Source: Candidatus Krumholzibacteriia bacterium
GTDB lineage: Bacteria; Krumholzibacteriota; Krumholzibacteriia; WVZY01; JAKEHA01
Assembly: GCA_041742575.1 (NCBI GenBank)
Contig: JBGSIK010000403.1
Span: forward strand, 1 to 30,837
DNA: 30,837 bases
Reading direction: 5' to 3'
The notes under the pieces are model-generated. The model saw only the letters and a list, made by a program, of their open reading frames with translations, had not been told where the DNA came from and did not search any database. Shown one piece after another: positions 17,267-26,448 of the stretch (within the stretch, counting starts at the first letter, position 1; every line of letters begins with the position of its first letter). The position numbers and the translations under genes are program-made.

Positions 17267-18846
17267 AAGACGAACACAAGCAATATCCAGCCGACCGGAG
17301 CGGGAGACCTTTCGAAGAAGGTGCGCCACGCTTCGCCCGGACCATGGGCCTCGTTCGCTGGGGGCTCTTTGGCGCGCTGTCGATTTTCGCGCTCGTTATG
17401 GTGCTCAATCATTTCGGTCTCACACCGTGGGCCGGCGAGGACGCGGCTTCGCAGCAGTACCATTGCCCGATGCACCCGACGTACGTGAGCAATCAGCCCG
17501 GCGATTGCCCGATTTGCGGGATGAGCCTGGTGCCGATCGCTACCGCAGGCGGAAAAGCAGAGACCACTCACGGCCACGGTGAGAGTGGATCGCCGGAGAA
17601 AGAGGGGGCGGCCCCGGGGAAAGCAGAAACCGCGCCGGCGGACTCGGCCGCAGCGGCGAACTACGTTTGTCCCATGCACCCGGAGGTTGTGTCCGACAAA
17701 CCCGGCCGATGCCCGAAGTGCGGGATGAACCTGGTCGAGTCCGCCGGGGCCTCGGGAGCGAGAAGGTCCGAGGAGAACGATCACGCGGCAAGCGATATGG
17801 GCGAGCGGCCGGTACCGGGACTCATGCCGGTGATGATCGAGCCCAAGCGGTTGCAGATGATCGGCGTGCGCACGGCGCAGGTGGAAAAGCGCTCCGTGGG
17901 CGGCGCGATCCGGCTGGTCGGGTACCTCACGCCCGATGAGACGCGCACCGCAAGCATCCACGTTCGCGCGAGCGGATGGGTGCAGAAACTCCACGTGGAT
18001 CAAACGGGTCAGCAGGTGAAAGCCGGGCAGCCGTTGCTTTCGCTCTACAGTCCGGACCTCTACGCCGCTCAACAGGATCTGCTCCTGGCGGAGGGGTCGC
18101 TTGCGACCGCCGGGGAGGACGGCGCGCTGCGTGCGGCGCGCGAACAACTGGTTGCGGCCGCTCGGGACCGCCTGGAGCTACTCGGCATGTCACGCGAAGA
18201 CATCTCCACCCTCGGGCAGAGCCGAGTCGCGCAGCCGGAGATCACACTACGGAGCCCATTCGCCGGTGTTGTGCTGGAGAAGGTGGTGCGGGAGGGCCAG
18301 TACGTGATGCCGGAGGAGAGGCTTCTCACGATCGCCGATCTCCGGAGGATATGGGTCCTCGCCGATGTGTATGAGCAGGACATCGCGCAGGTGAAGATTG
18401 GACAGGTCGCGGAAATGAAACTGGGAGCGTTTCCGGGCGAGAACTTCGACGGGAAGGTGGCGTTCCTGTATCCGACCGTGTCGGAACAGACGCGGACCAT
18501 GAAAGCCCGGATCGAATTCCCCAATCCCTCGCTGCGCCTGCGGCCCGGAATGTACGCGGACATCGACCTCCTGGAGGGAGGCCGGGCAGCAACGGGCGTT
18601 CCCGCCGAGGCCATCATGGACGACGGAGACATACAGTACGCGTTCGTCGTTCACGGCGGCACGCAGTTCGAACCGCGTCAGGTGACGGTCGGACGCCGGG
18701 GTAACGACTGGATCGAGATTCTCACGGGCTTACGGGACGGAGAAACGATCGTCACCAGCGCCAACTTCCTCATCGATTCCGAAAGCCGGCTCAAGGCCGC
18801 GATTGCGGGCATGGGGCAGAAGCAAAGTCCCGAACACCAACACTGA
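17263..18846 (+). CDS. cusB: RND periplasmic adaptor with two heavy-metal-binding domains (CusB-like)
   Basis: YHCPMHP...CPICGMSL and YVCPMHP...CPKCGMNL, SGWVQKL, LYSPDL, LRPGMY and FLIDSESRL. ATGA overlap with cusC. Confidence 0.9.
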   Translation: MKDEHKQYPADRSGRPFEEGAPRFARTMGLVRWGLFGALSIFALVMVLNHFGLTPWAGEDAASQQYHCPMHPTYVSNQPGDCPICGMSLVPIATAGGKAETTHGHGESGSPEKEGAAPGKAETAPADSAAAANYVCPMHPEVVSDKPGRCPKCGMNLVESAGASGARRSEENDHAASDMGERPVPGLMPVMIEPKRLQMIGVRTAQVEKRSVGGAIRLVGYLTPDETRTASIHVRASGWVQKLHVDQTGQQVKAGQPLLSLYSPDLYAAQQDLLLAEGSLATAGEDGALRAAREQLVAAARDRLELLGMSREDISTLGQSRVAQPEITLRSPFAGVVLEKVVREGQYVMPEERLLTIADLRRIWVLADVYEQDIAQVKIGQVAEMKLGAFPGENFDGKVAFLYPTVSEQTRTMKARIEFPNPSLRLRPGMYADIDLLEGGRAATGVPAEAIMDDGDIQYAFVVHGGTQFEPRQVTVGRRGNDWIEILTGLRDGETIVTSANFLIDSESRLKAAIAGMGQKQSPEHQH

Positions 18847-18851
18847 CAAAC

Positions 18852-21800
18852 ATGATCCGTGCCACCATCGATTTCTGCGCTCGCAACCGCGCGCTGGTTC
18901 TGATCGGCACCCTCTTTGCGTCCGCCGGGGCGTGGTACGCGATCGCGAACATCCCCGTCGACGCCATACCGGATCTCTCCGATGTGCAGGTGATCGTCTG
19001 GACCGAGTGGATGGGGAGGAGCCCCGATCTCGTCGAGGACCAGGTCACTTATCCCGTCGTGACGTCGCTTCTTTCGGCGCCTCGCGTCGAAGCAGTCCGC
19101 GGATACTCGATGTTCGGAATGTCATTCGTCTACGTGATCTTCGAGGACGGCACCGATCTCTACTGGGCGCGAAGCCGCGTGCTCGAGTACATGCGCGAGA
19201 TCGAAAGCAGGCTTCCGCCCGGCGTGTCGCCCGTGCTGGGACCGGATGCCACTGCGGTGGGCTGGGTGTTCCAGTACGCGCTGGTCGATTCGAGCGGCGG
19301 GCACGATCTCTCCGAACTCCGCACGTTTCAGGATTTCAATCTGCGGTATGCGCTGAGCGCGGTGGCGGGAGTCGCCGAGGTGGCGAGCGTGGGCGGCTAT
19401 CAGAAACAGTATCAGGTCGAGGTCGATCCCGTCCGGCTGGAGGCCTACGGGCTCACCATCGGGGAGGTCGCGCGGGCGATCCGCGCCAGCAACAATGACG
19501 TCGGCGGCCGTGTGATCGAAATGTCGGGACGGGAGTATTTCGTGCGCGGCCGAGGGTACATCAACGACCTCGACGCACTTCGGGCAGTGAGTCTGGGCGC
19601 GAGTGCGACCGGTACGCCGATTCAGCTCGGGAGTGTCGCAAAGGTCTCTTTCGGCCCCGACATCCGCCGGGGCGTCGGGGAATTGGACGGGATCGGGGAA
19701 GCCGTAGGCGGCATCGTGATCATGCGCCACGGCGAGAACGCGCTGGAAGTCATCGATCGCGTGAAGGAAAAAATCGACCAGGTCCGCCCGTTCTTCCCCG
19801 AGGGCGTGGCACTCAAAGTGGTTTACGACCGGAGCGGTCTCATCGAACGCGCGATCGATACCCTGAAGCGCACGCTCATCGAAGAGGGCATCGTCGTCGC
19901 TGCGGTGATCATCATCTTCCTCATGCATTTCGGGAGCTCGCTCGTTCCCATCGTCGTGCTGCCCGTGGCGGTGGGGCTCGCGTTCATCCCCATGTATCTT
20001 CTCGGCGTGAACAGCAACATCATGAGTCTGGGCGGCATCGCCATCGCCATCGGCGCCATGGTGGACGCGAGTATCGTTCTGGTCGAGAACGCGCATAAGC
20101 GCCTGGAACAGACACCGGTGGGCGCGGACCGCCGCGAGATCGTCATCGATGCCGCGAAAGAGGTGGGGCCTTCGATCTTCTATGCTCTACTCATCATCAC
20201 CATTGCGTTTCTTCCCATCTTTGCGCTCACGGGACAAGCGGGACGGCTCTTCACGCCGCTCGCATACACGAAGACGTTCGCCATGTTCTTCGCCGCGGTG
20301 TGCGCGGTCACACTCGCTCCCGCGCTCATGACGATCTTGATCCGCGGACGTATCCGTTCCGAGCTCAAACATCCCGTATCACGACTGCTCACCATGCTAT
20401 ACAGGCCATTCGTGTATGTGGCGCTGCGCAATCCGAAAACCACCATCGCCATCGGGCTCGCGGCCGTGGTATCCGCGCTGCCCATGCTTCCGCGGATCGG
20501 CTCCGAGTTCATGCCGCCGCTCAACGAAGGCGATATCCTCTACATGCCGACGACCTTTCCCAACATATCGGTCGAGGAAGCGAAGCAGTACATGCAATAC
20601 CAGGACCGCGTCATCCGGTCTTTCCCGGAGGTCGTTTCGGTTTATGGAAAGGCGGGCCGAGCGGAAACGCCGACGGACCCGGCGCCGCTCTCGATGCTGG
20701 AGACGGTGGTGCAGCTCAAGCCCCAAAAGCAATGGCGCAAGGTGGATGTGCACCGATGGCACTCCGGTTGGGCGCCACGTTTCGCGAAGCCCGCGCTGCG
20801 GCTCCTCTGGCCGGAAAAGCGCGTCATTGACTGGGACGAGCTCGTGAGCGAGCTCGACAGAGCCATGCAGATGCCGGGTTGGACGAACGCGTGGACGATG
20901 CCGATCAAGACCCGGATCGACATGCTCTCGACGGGAATTCGCACGCCCATCGGTGTCAAGGTGTTCGGCCGCGACTTGGAGGAGATCGAGCGCATCGGCG
21001 TCGAGCTGGAGCGAACACTATCGAAGTTGCCGGCCACGCGGAGTGTTTACTCCGATCGGAATACGGGCGGGTATTTCGTCGATATCATACCCGACCGCGA
21101 CGCGATCGCCCGGTACGGACTCACGATGCGTGACGTGCAGGACGTGATCGAGAGCGCCATCGGAGGAATGGTGATCGACATGACCATCGAGGGACGTAAC
21201 CGGTTCTCGGTGAACGTCCGCTATCCCCGTGCCCTGCGCGATGACGTGGAGAAGCTCAAGTCCGTGCGCGTGCCGTTGCCGACGAGGGCGACCATGAGCG
21301 CCGGGACGATGTCCGACATGTCATCGCCGGAGGGTTCCATGGACGCCCCTTCCGGCTCGAGCGTCATGGCCTCCGCGTCTCGAGCGTTGGAACTCCCGCA
21401 GGGACGTCCTCACGTGCCCCTCGGGCAGATCGCGCAAGTACGCGTGGCGACCGGACCGCCGATGATCAAGGACGAAGACGGGATGCTCGCCGGCTATGTC
21501 TTCGTGGATATGGATCAGAATCAATTGGACATCGGGAGCTACGTGAAGGAAGCCAAGCAAGCGGTGAAAGACGAGGTGCTCGTTCCCGCCGGGTACCACC
21601 TCAAGTGGACCGGTCAGTACGAGCACCTGGAAGTCATGGCGAAACGGATGCGAATCATGATTCCCGTCACGCTTCTCCTGGTGGTGATCCTGCTCTACCT
21701 CAATTTCCGGAGTATCGCGGAGACGCTTATCGTGCTCGTGTCGGTTCCGTTCGCGCTCGTGGGCAGCGTTTGGCTCATGTACTTCCTCGGCTACAACTAC

Positions 21801-22178
21801 TCGACCGCGACTCTGGTCGGGATCATCGCCCTGGTCGGGCTCGCCGCCGAGACGGGCATTGTGATGATCCTCTACCTCGATAACGCGGTCGAACGCCGAC
21901 GCGCCGCGGGCCTCATGAGAGACCGCTCGGATCTCATCGCCGCGGTCATGGAGGGAACGGTCATGCGTCTCCGCCCCAAGCTCATGACCGTAGGCACCAC
22001 CATGATCGGCCTCGTTCCCCTCCTGTGGGCGACCGGCGCCGGCGCCGACGTCATGAAGCGCATAGCGGCTCCCATGGTGGGTGGCCTCGTGACGTCCGCG
22101 TTTCTCACTCTGGAGATCATCCCCGTGATCTATACGTACTGGCGGCTCTGGGAGATGAAGCGGCGAAACCGCGCATGA
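18852..22178 (+). CDS. cusA: Cu(I)/Ag(I) efflux RND permease (CusA family)
   Basis: DAIPDLSDVQVIV, GPDATAVGW and AIGAMVDASIVLVEN. The Met triad contexts are conserved: EGDILYMPT, PAPLSMLET, IKTRIDMLSTG. C-terminal RLRPKLMT and MKRIAAPMVGG. Confidence 0.95.
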   Translation: MIRATIDFCARNRALVLIGTLFASAGAWYAIANIPVDAIPDLSDVQVIVWTEWMGRSPDLVEDQVTYPVVTSLLSAPRVEAVRGYSMFGMSFVYVIFEDGTDLYWARSRVLEYMREIESRLPPGVSPVLGPDATAVGWVFQYALVDSSGGHDLSELRTFQDFNLRYALSAVAGVAEVASVGGYQKQYQVEVDPVRLEAYGLTIGEVARAIRASNNDVGGRVIEMSGREYFVRGRGYINDLDALRAVSLGASATGTPIQLGSVAKVSFGPDIRRGVGELDGIGEAVGGIVIMRHGENALEVIDRVKEKIDQVRPFFPEGVALKVVYDRSGLIERAIDTLKRTLIEEGIVVAAVIIIFLMHFGSSLVPIVVLPVAVGLAFIPMYLLGVNSNIMSLGGIAIAIGAMVDASIVLVENAHKRLEQTPVGADRREIVIDAAKEVGPSIFYALLIITIAFLPIFALTGQAGRLFTPLAYTKTFAMFFAAVCAVTLAPALMTILIRGRIRSELKHPVSRLLTMLYRPFVYVALRNPKTTIAIGLAAVVSALPMLPRIGSEFMPPLNEGDILYMPTTFPNISVEEAKQYMQYQDRVIRSFPEVVSVYGKAGRAETPTDPAPLSMLETVVQLKPQKQWRKVDVHRWHSGWAPRFAKPALRLLWPEKRVIDWDELVSELDRAMQMPGWTNAWTMPIKTRIDMLSTGIRTPIGVKVFGRDLEEIERIGVELERTLSKLPATRSVYSDRNTGGYFVDIIPDRDAIARYGLTMRDVQDVIESAIGGMVIDMTIEGRNRFSVNVRYPRALRDDVEKLKSVRVPLPTRATMSAGTMSDMSSPEGSMDAPSGSSVMASASRALELPQGRPHVPLGQIAQVRVATGPPMIKDEDGMLAGYVFVDMDQNQLDIGSYVKEAKQAVKDEVLVPAGYHLKWTGQYEHLEVMAKRMRIMIPVTLLLVVILLYLNFRSIAETLIVLVSVPFALVGSVWLMYFLGYNYSTATLVGIIALVGLAAETGIVMILYLDNAVERRRAAGLMRDRSDLIAAVMEGTVMRLRPKLMTVGTTMIGLVPLLWATGAGADVMKRIAAPMVGGLVTSAFLTLEIIPVIYTYWRLWEMKRRNRA

Positions 22179-22242
22179 GCCTTTGAGGTAGCGCGCGATG
22201 ACGCCCGCTCCGCCGCGGGTTCATGTGAAGGGGCACGCCTCA

Positions 22243-25101
22243 TTACAGTCTGGAGACGGTGATCGCGTAACTTGCCCAGGAAGAAGGGTGGCGGATGCCC
22301 TTCGGGCCCCTGAGTTGTGCCCGGCGGGCTTCGGCGAGCGCGTGGATTTCGTCCATCTTCGCGTTCTTCCAGCCTTTGACGAACGATGTCCCGATCCGGA
22401 GTGCATCCTTGTCTTTGACATCCCAGAACGTGTGGACGACGGCGCCCGCTCCCGCATCGAGGAACGCATCGCCCAGACTCGGAGCAACTCCTCCGGCGGC
22501 AACGTACGGTGCCCCGCTCGAGCATCCCGAGAGCACCACGACACCGCACCGGCGAAGGTCCGCGGCGCGTATGTCGGTGACGTCGAGAACGGCGGCGTCG
22601 GGGGAGGGATCATCGCCCGGTTTCCCGAGGACAATCATCGCGAGATACGGGGGATCGCATACCGTGTGAGCAGCGATGTAGATGTAGGGCGCGTTTTCCC
22701 AGCTTTGCGCGAGGCGTTGTTTCGTTGCTGATTCTCCCGAAAGGAGAATGGCCGAAGAATCGTAGGCGGCGAGGGTTTCACCCTCGGCTTCCGCCCCGCC
22801 GAGCGTGCGAAGCCGGCGGGGCCCGCCGCGAAACCCGGCTGAAGGTTCTCCATTGACGAGAATCAATCCGCGACCTCGGCTCTTGAGGGTGGGGTCACGG
22901 CGGATGTGCCGCACGTATGCCACGTCGCGATGTTCGAGAAGAGGTTCGTACTCTTCGCGGAATCCAACATCGAAGGCCTCGAATGGAATGGTGCCGAGGA
23001 AATTGTCGGTGGTGACGAGCAAGGACGGTGACTCCAAAGGGGACGAGTTCGTGTCGAGGATCTCCGGAGGCAGAAGCGCGCGTGCCAGCGCCCGCAGGTT
23101 CTTACGAAGCCCCTCGTCTGCGGGCGCGTCTGGATCGTCCGGGTAGGATGACATGGCTTTCCGAGTGGAAGTGACGAGTCTACGCACTTCCTCGGTTGAA
23201 GAACTCAACACGTCTTTGCGAACGCCGCTCCGAGTGGCCGTCCACCGCCAGATCTCTTTGTCTCGAACAAGGTACACCGTGTGCACCCGGTCCGGTCGGG
23301 ATAGGCTCTCAAGGGCCTGCCGCCCCAACGATTGGAACCCGTGGACCAGTGTCTCGCTCGAAGGGCTCGCAGCGGTCGGTGTCCGGCCTCGCCGAGCGTG
23401 CGCCGCCCCCAAACCGGTTGTGCCCCGTTCCCTGGCTCCGAAAAGCAAGTAAAGTTCCCGCCAGTAAAACTCGGCGCCGTAACCCGCAATGTCATCGCCC
23501 GCCACGACGTCGTGAACGAGCTGTCGGAGCTCGTCTGCATCGGTCAGCCATAAGTAGCTCCCCACGCTCGCATCGATCGACGCGGCGGTCTCTCGGAGTT
23601 TCGTCAAACCATTCGCCGCGGCCTCGGCAGCTCTCCCGGTGTCCCCTCGCGCGAGTGCCACCATACCGAGAAGCGCGTCGCGCTCGCTGAGTTCGGTTCG
23701 AAGTTCGTTCTCCTCACCCACCGCAAATCGATCGAACTCTGCCAAGGCCTGCTGGGCGACGTCCGACTCCCCGAGCGCGCACGCCGCCTTCGCGGCGACG
23801 ATCGAAAGCTGCGCGGACCAAAGAGGTAGCGATTCCGTCGGCGGTCGGGAGAGCTTCTTGCGGGCTTCCTCCAAGGCGTCACGGGGGCGTCCGTTCGATA
23901 GGAGCCCCTGAGCACGACAGTACGCGTACTCGTCATCTTCCCCGCGGTAAGACGCCGGGAGCTTGAGTTCCGGGAGCCGCCTGTTGACCCTCCGCAGGAT
24001 CTCGTCGGCCCTCGCGGTGTCGCCCGACGCCATCCTGACTTGAGCCTCATAGACGTCTGTACGAAGGATATGGATCTCAGCCATGCCCAGCTCGAGATCC
24101 TCACACTCGCGCTCCAAGCCGCGGACCTGTGTGACGAGGTTTTCGACGATGTCCCAGCAGCCGAGATTGGCGTGGAACTTCATGGTTTCCTTGATGAAGC
24201 GCACCTCGTAGCAGCCGGGATCGTATGCGCGGGCGACGTCGATGGCTCGTTCGAGAAGGCGTCGTTTCACGTCCAAGCGGCCCAGACGGCCGTAATACGC
24301 GCCAAAGAAATCGAGGATACGCGCCGCTTGATATCCCATTCGACCCCGATAGGCGATCTCGAGCGCCTGCTCGTAACAGATCGCCATCGAATCCGGTTGG
24401 CCCCACTTCTCATACTGCGATCCCAGCCGCCCCAGTGTCTCGCAGGCCATCTTGTTTTCCCCGAGCTTGCGGAACTCGGAGCAGGCTGCTATGAGATACT
24501 GTTTCTGTCGCTCGTAATCTCCCAGCCGTTCGTACGCGTCCGACATGTGGAGATTTGCCATCGCGACCCATGCGCTGTCGCCGAGCGAAGCGAAAATTCG
24601 AGCGTATCGCGTGTGCTTTTCGAGCGCCTCTTCCGGAGAAAGGAGGTGATCGGACGGGGCGGCGATGTACGCCCACCGGGACCCCCACAACTCCTCGCGT
24701 CTTTTTTCGGGAAGGTCCCGCAAAAAAGCGATCTCACTCAAGTAGGAATCGTCTTGGTACACAGTTGAAAAAGCCTGCGCGATGCGGTCCGCATATCCTT
24801 CCAGGAGCCGAGCATCGTTCGTTTTACCCTGGATCGAAAGCTCGTGCACTCGCCGGAAGACATGATTGTTCATGCCGTTGAGCGCCTCGAAACCCATCTG
24901 GCGCGCATACAGCGCGAAACTGCTCGAATCGCTCGAGACCAGGTGGCGGACGAATTCGGGGGGTAATCCCTCGAGAAGGCGGCGGGCGTGACGGTCTTTG
25001 TTCGTCGAACAGGAAAGGACGGAAAGAATCACGCAGGCAAGACAGATGGCCACGAGCAATGGCCGAACGAAAAGCTGTTTGCTGGGGATGGGTCTCGTCA
25101 T
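22243..25101 (-). CDS. TPR-CHAT caspase-like (clan CD) protease, probable lipoprotein
   Basis: CHAT motifs LLVTTDNFLGTIPFEAF, YIAAHT (His), VVLSGCSSG (Cys), AFLDAGAGAVVHTFWDVKD and HPSSWASY, preceded by long helical repeats. N-terminal LLVAICLACVILSVLSC resembles a lipoprotein signal. Start is uncertain (25101 or 25170). Confidence 0.85.
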   Translation of the reverse strand: MTRPIPSKQLFVRPLLVAICLACVILSVLSCSTNKDRHARRLLEGLPPEFVRHLVSSDSSSFALYARQMGFEALNGMNNHVFRRVHELSIQGKTNDARLLEGYADRIAQAFSTVYQDDSYLSEIAFLRDLPEKRREELWGSRWAYIAAPSDHLLSPEEALEKHTRYARIFASLGDSAWVAMANLHMSDAYERLGDYERQKQYLIAACSEFRKLGENKMACETLGRLGSQYEKWGQPDSMAICYEQALEIAYRGRMGYQAARILDFFGAYYGRLGRLDVKRRLLERAIDVARAYDPGCYEVRFIKETMKFHANLGCWDIVENLVTQVRGLERECEDLELGMAEIHILRTDVYEAQVRMASGDTARADEILRRVNRRLPELKLPASYRGEDDEYAYCRAQGLLSNGRPRDALEEARKKLSRPPTESLPLWSAQLSIVAAKAACALGESDVAQQALAEFDRFAVGEENELRTELSERDALLGMVALARGDTGRAAEAAANGLTKLRETAASIDASVGSYLWLTDADELRQLVHDVVAGDDIAGYGAEFYWRELYLLFGARERGTTGLGAAHARRGRTPTAASPSSETLVHGFQSLGRQALESLSRPDRVHTVYLVRDKEIWRWTATRSGVRKDVLSSSTEEVRRLVTSTRKAMSSYPDDPDAPADEGLRKNLRALARALLPPEILDTNSSPLESPSLLVTTDNFLGTIPFEAFDVGFREEYEPLLEHRDVAYVRHIRRDPTLKSRGRGLILVNGEPSAGFRGGPRRLRTLGGAEAEGETLAAYDSSAILLSGESATKQRLAQSWENAPYIYIAAHTVCDPPYLAMIVLGKPGDDPSPDAAVLDVTDIRAADLRRCGVVVLSGCSSGAPYVAAGGVAPSLGDAFLDAGAGAVVHTFWDVKDKDALRIGTSFVKGWKNAKMDEIHALAEARRAQLRGPKGIRHPSSWASYAITVSRL

Positions 25102-25194
25102 CTCTTTGATCGCGGGGCGTCGATAGTGGAGCTCTCGAATCGGTGCGACACCGGGATGATGCGTTTGCATTGGCTTTTCGGCACGGTCAGGCGG

Positions 25195-25220
25195 CACGGA
25201 CACGAGGTTAGAATTCCCAG
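25195..25220 (-). promoter_or_regulatory. Bipartite motif copy 1 (putative ECF promoter) upstream of CHAT
   Basis: Minus strand reads CTGGGAATT-N11-TCCGTG. Confidence 0.55.
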
Positions 25221-25233
25221 TGAATTGTTTCAA
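25205..25233 (-). promoter_or_regulatory. sigma70-type promoter for CHAT
   Basis: Minus strand reads TTGAAA-N17-TAACCT. It overlaps motif copy 1. Confidence 0.45.
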
Positions 25234-25277
25234 TAGATTAATGTGTTCAATTCCTCCACGGCCACCGGATAATACAC

Positions 25278-25306
25278 TTGAACTCGCGGCACGCGTCGGA
25301 TATGAT
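25278..25306 (+). promoter_or_regulatory. sigma70-type promoter of the ECF sigma gene
   Basis: TTGAAC-N17-TATGAT. Confidence 0.65.
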
Positions 25307-25435
25307 TACGTTGTACTCGAGCCTCACGATGTACGGTGTCCCCGCGCAATGAGGGTGGGTTTTGCGGCGAGGAACATTTGGCGTCCCGTGGTCCGAAAGA
25401 CACCCGGTTGCGCGCTAAGAAGTCCGGTAGCAACG

Positions 25436-26290
25436 ATGCCAATCGAACACGGCCTTCCATTCGCCCGGCGGTTCGACTCATCCTTGTCGCTTGCGGCGGC
25501 GGCTTCTTCGGGTTCCATCCCCGCCTGGCACGAGTTCCTGAAACGCTATTCGAACCTCATATTCTCGGTCGTGCGGCGGCATCTCGTGTCGGAAGACGAA
25601 GAGGATGTCCGGTCCGTTTACGTTGACGTTCTCGAAGCGCTCTATACCGGTGAACTTGCGAAATACCGTGACGACGTGGAACTCACGACGTGGCTCATCG
25701 TCTTCACCAGAAGTCGCTCGCTCGATTTCTTCAGGAAGCGCCACGGGCGGTATCGCAAACCGGAGGGGTACAACAAGCTCACTGATTTCGAGAAGAAGGT
25801 GCTCGAGCTCTATTTCGTGAAATGGCTGCCGTTGGCGGTCGTCATAGAGATCCTCCACTCGACGGGGTTTGCGGCGACGGTGGATGACATCGTGGACGCC
25901 AGCACCCGGATCAATGACGTCATGGACGCCCGGTACCTCAGGAGGATCGAGCGACAGCATGATGCCGAGCGCGAAGGCGTCGAATCGGCAAGGATGCTCA
26001 AGTTCCTCGTGGAGTGTCAGTTGGAGCAGGAGGAGAAGACCCGAACGAATAGCCCCGACTGTCAGTTGTTCGAGGAAGAGGCCCAAGCGAGAATCGATCG
26101 GGTGAGAACGACTGTGGAATCACTTTCCCCCGGCGAAAGAGAGATCCTCGCGCTCCGATTCGCTGAGCGTCTCACGGCGAAGGAAATCGCGGGGCGTCTC
26201 AAGCTAGGTGGGCAGAGGCGGGCGTTTACCCGCATCGACAGGATCGTCCGCAAGCTCAGGAAAGCCATGGAAACGGGGGGACAAGTCTGA
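25436..26290 (+). CDS. ECF-type sigma-70 family factor, long form with two sigma4-like segments
   Basis: sigma2 (AWHEFLKRYSNLIFSVVRR...LTTWLIVFTRSRSLDFFRK) and C-terminal sigma4 (LSPGEREILALRF...LTAKEIAGRL). ATG 25436 was chosen because it lies downstream of the 25278 promoter. Confidence 0.85.
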   Translation: MPIEHGLPFARRFDSSLSLAAAASSGSIPAWHEFLKRYSNLIFSVVRRHLVSEDEEDVRSVYVDVLEALYTGELAKYRDDVELTTWLIVFTRSRSLDFFRKRHGRYRKPEGYNKLTDFEKKVLELYFVKWLPLAVVIEILHSTGFAATVDDIVDASTRINDVMDARYLRRIERQHDAEREGVESARMLKFLVECQLEQEEKTRTNSPDCQLFEEEAQARIDRVRTTVESLSPGEREILALRFAERLTAKEIAGRLKLGGQRRAFTRIDRIVRKLRKAMETGGQV

Positions 26291-26319
26291 GCGTGTTGTG
26301 AGAAAAAGGCGACGGGTGC

Positions 26320-26345
26320 CGGGTAGTTCTTGAAATTTGTCCGTG
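26320..26345 (+). promoter_or_regulatory. Bipartite motif copy 2 (degenerate) upstream of the anti-sigma
   Basis: CGGGTAGTT-N11-TCCGTG: 6/9 match in the left box, exact right box and same spacing. Confidence 0.4.
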
Positions 26346-26448
26346 TATCTGTAAAGAAAAGGTGACAGTGCCCTGAGGGGTACCTGAGCCGAGAGCCGAT
26401 AACGAGGAGTCGATCATCAAGACACGTCCAAACGGACCCCACCTCGGG

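Noticed and set aside
18852-22178. CzcA (Zn/Co/Cd) or multidrug RND
   Set aside because: The conserved Met triad contexts and CPMH-bearing adaptor point to the Cu(I)/Ag(I) CusA subfamily.
25102-25435. Long N-termini given by the ORF track for CHAT (25233) and sigma (25220)
   Set aside because: They would overlap head-to-head and cover both predicted promoters. Downstream starts give a signal peptide for CHAT and a normal sigma2 start for the ECF.
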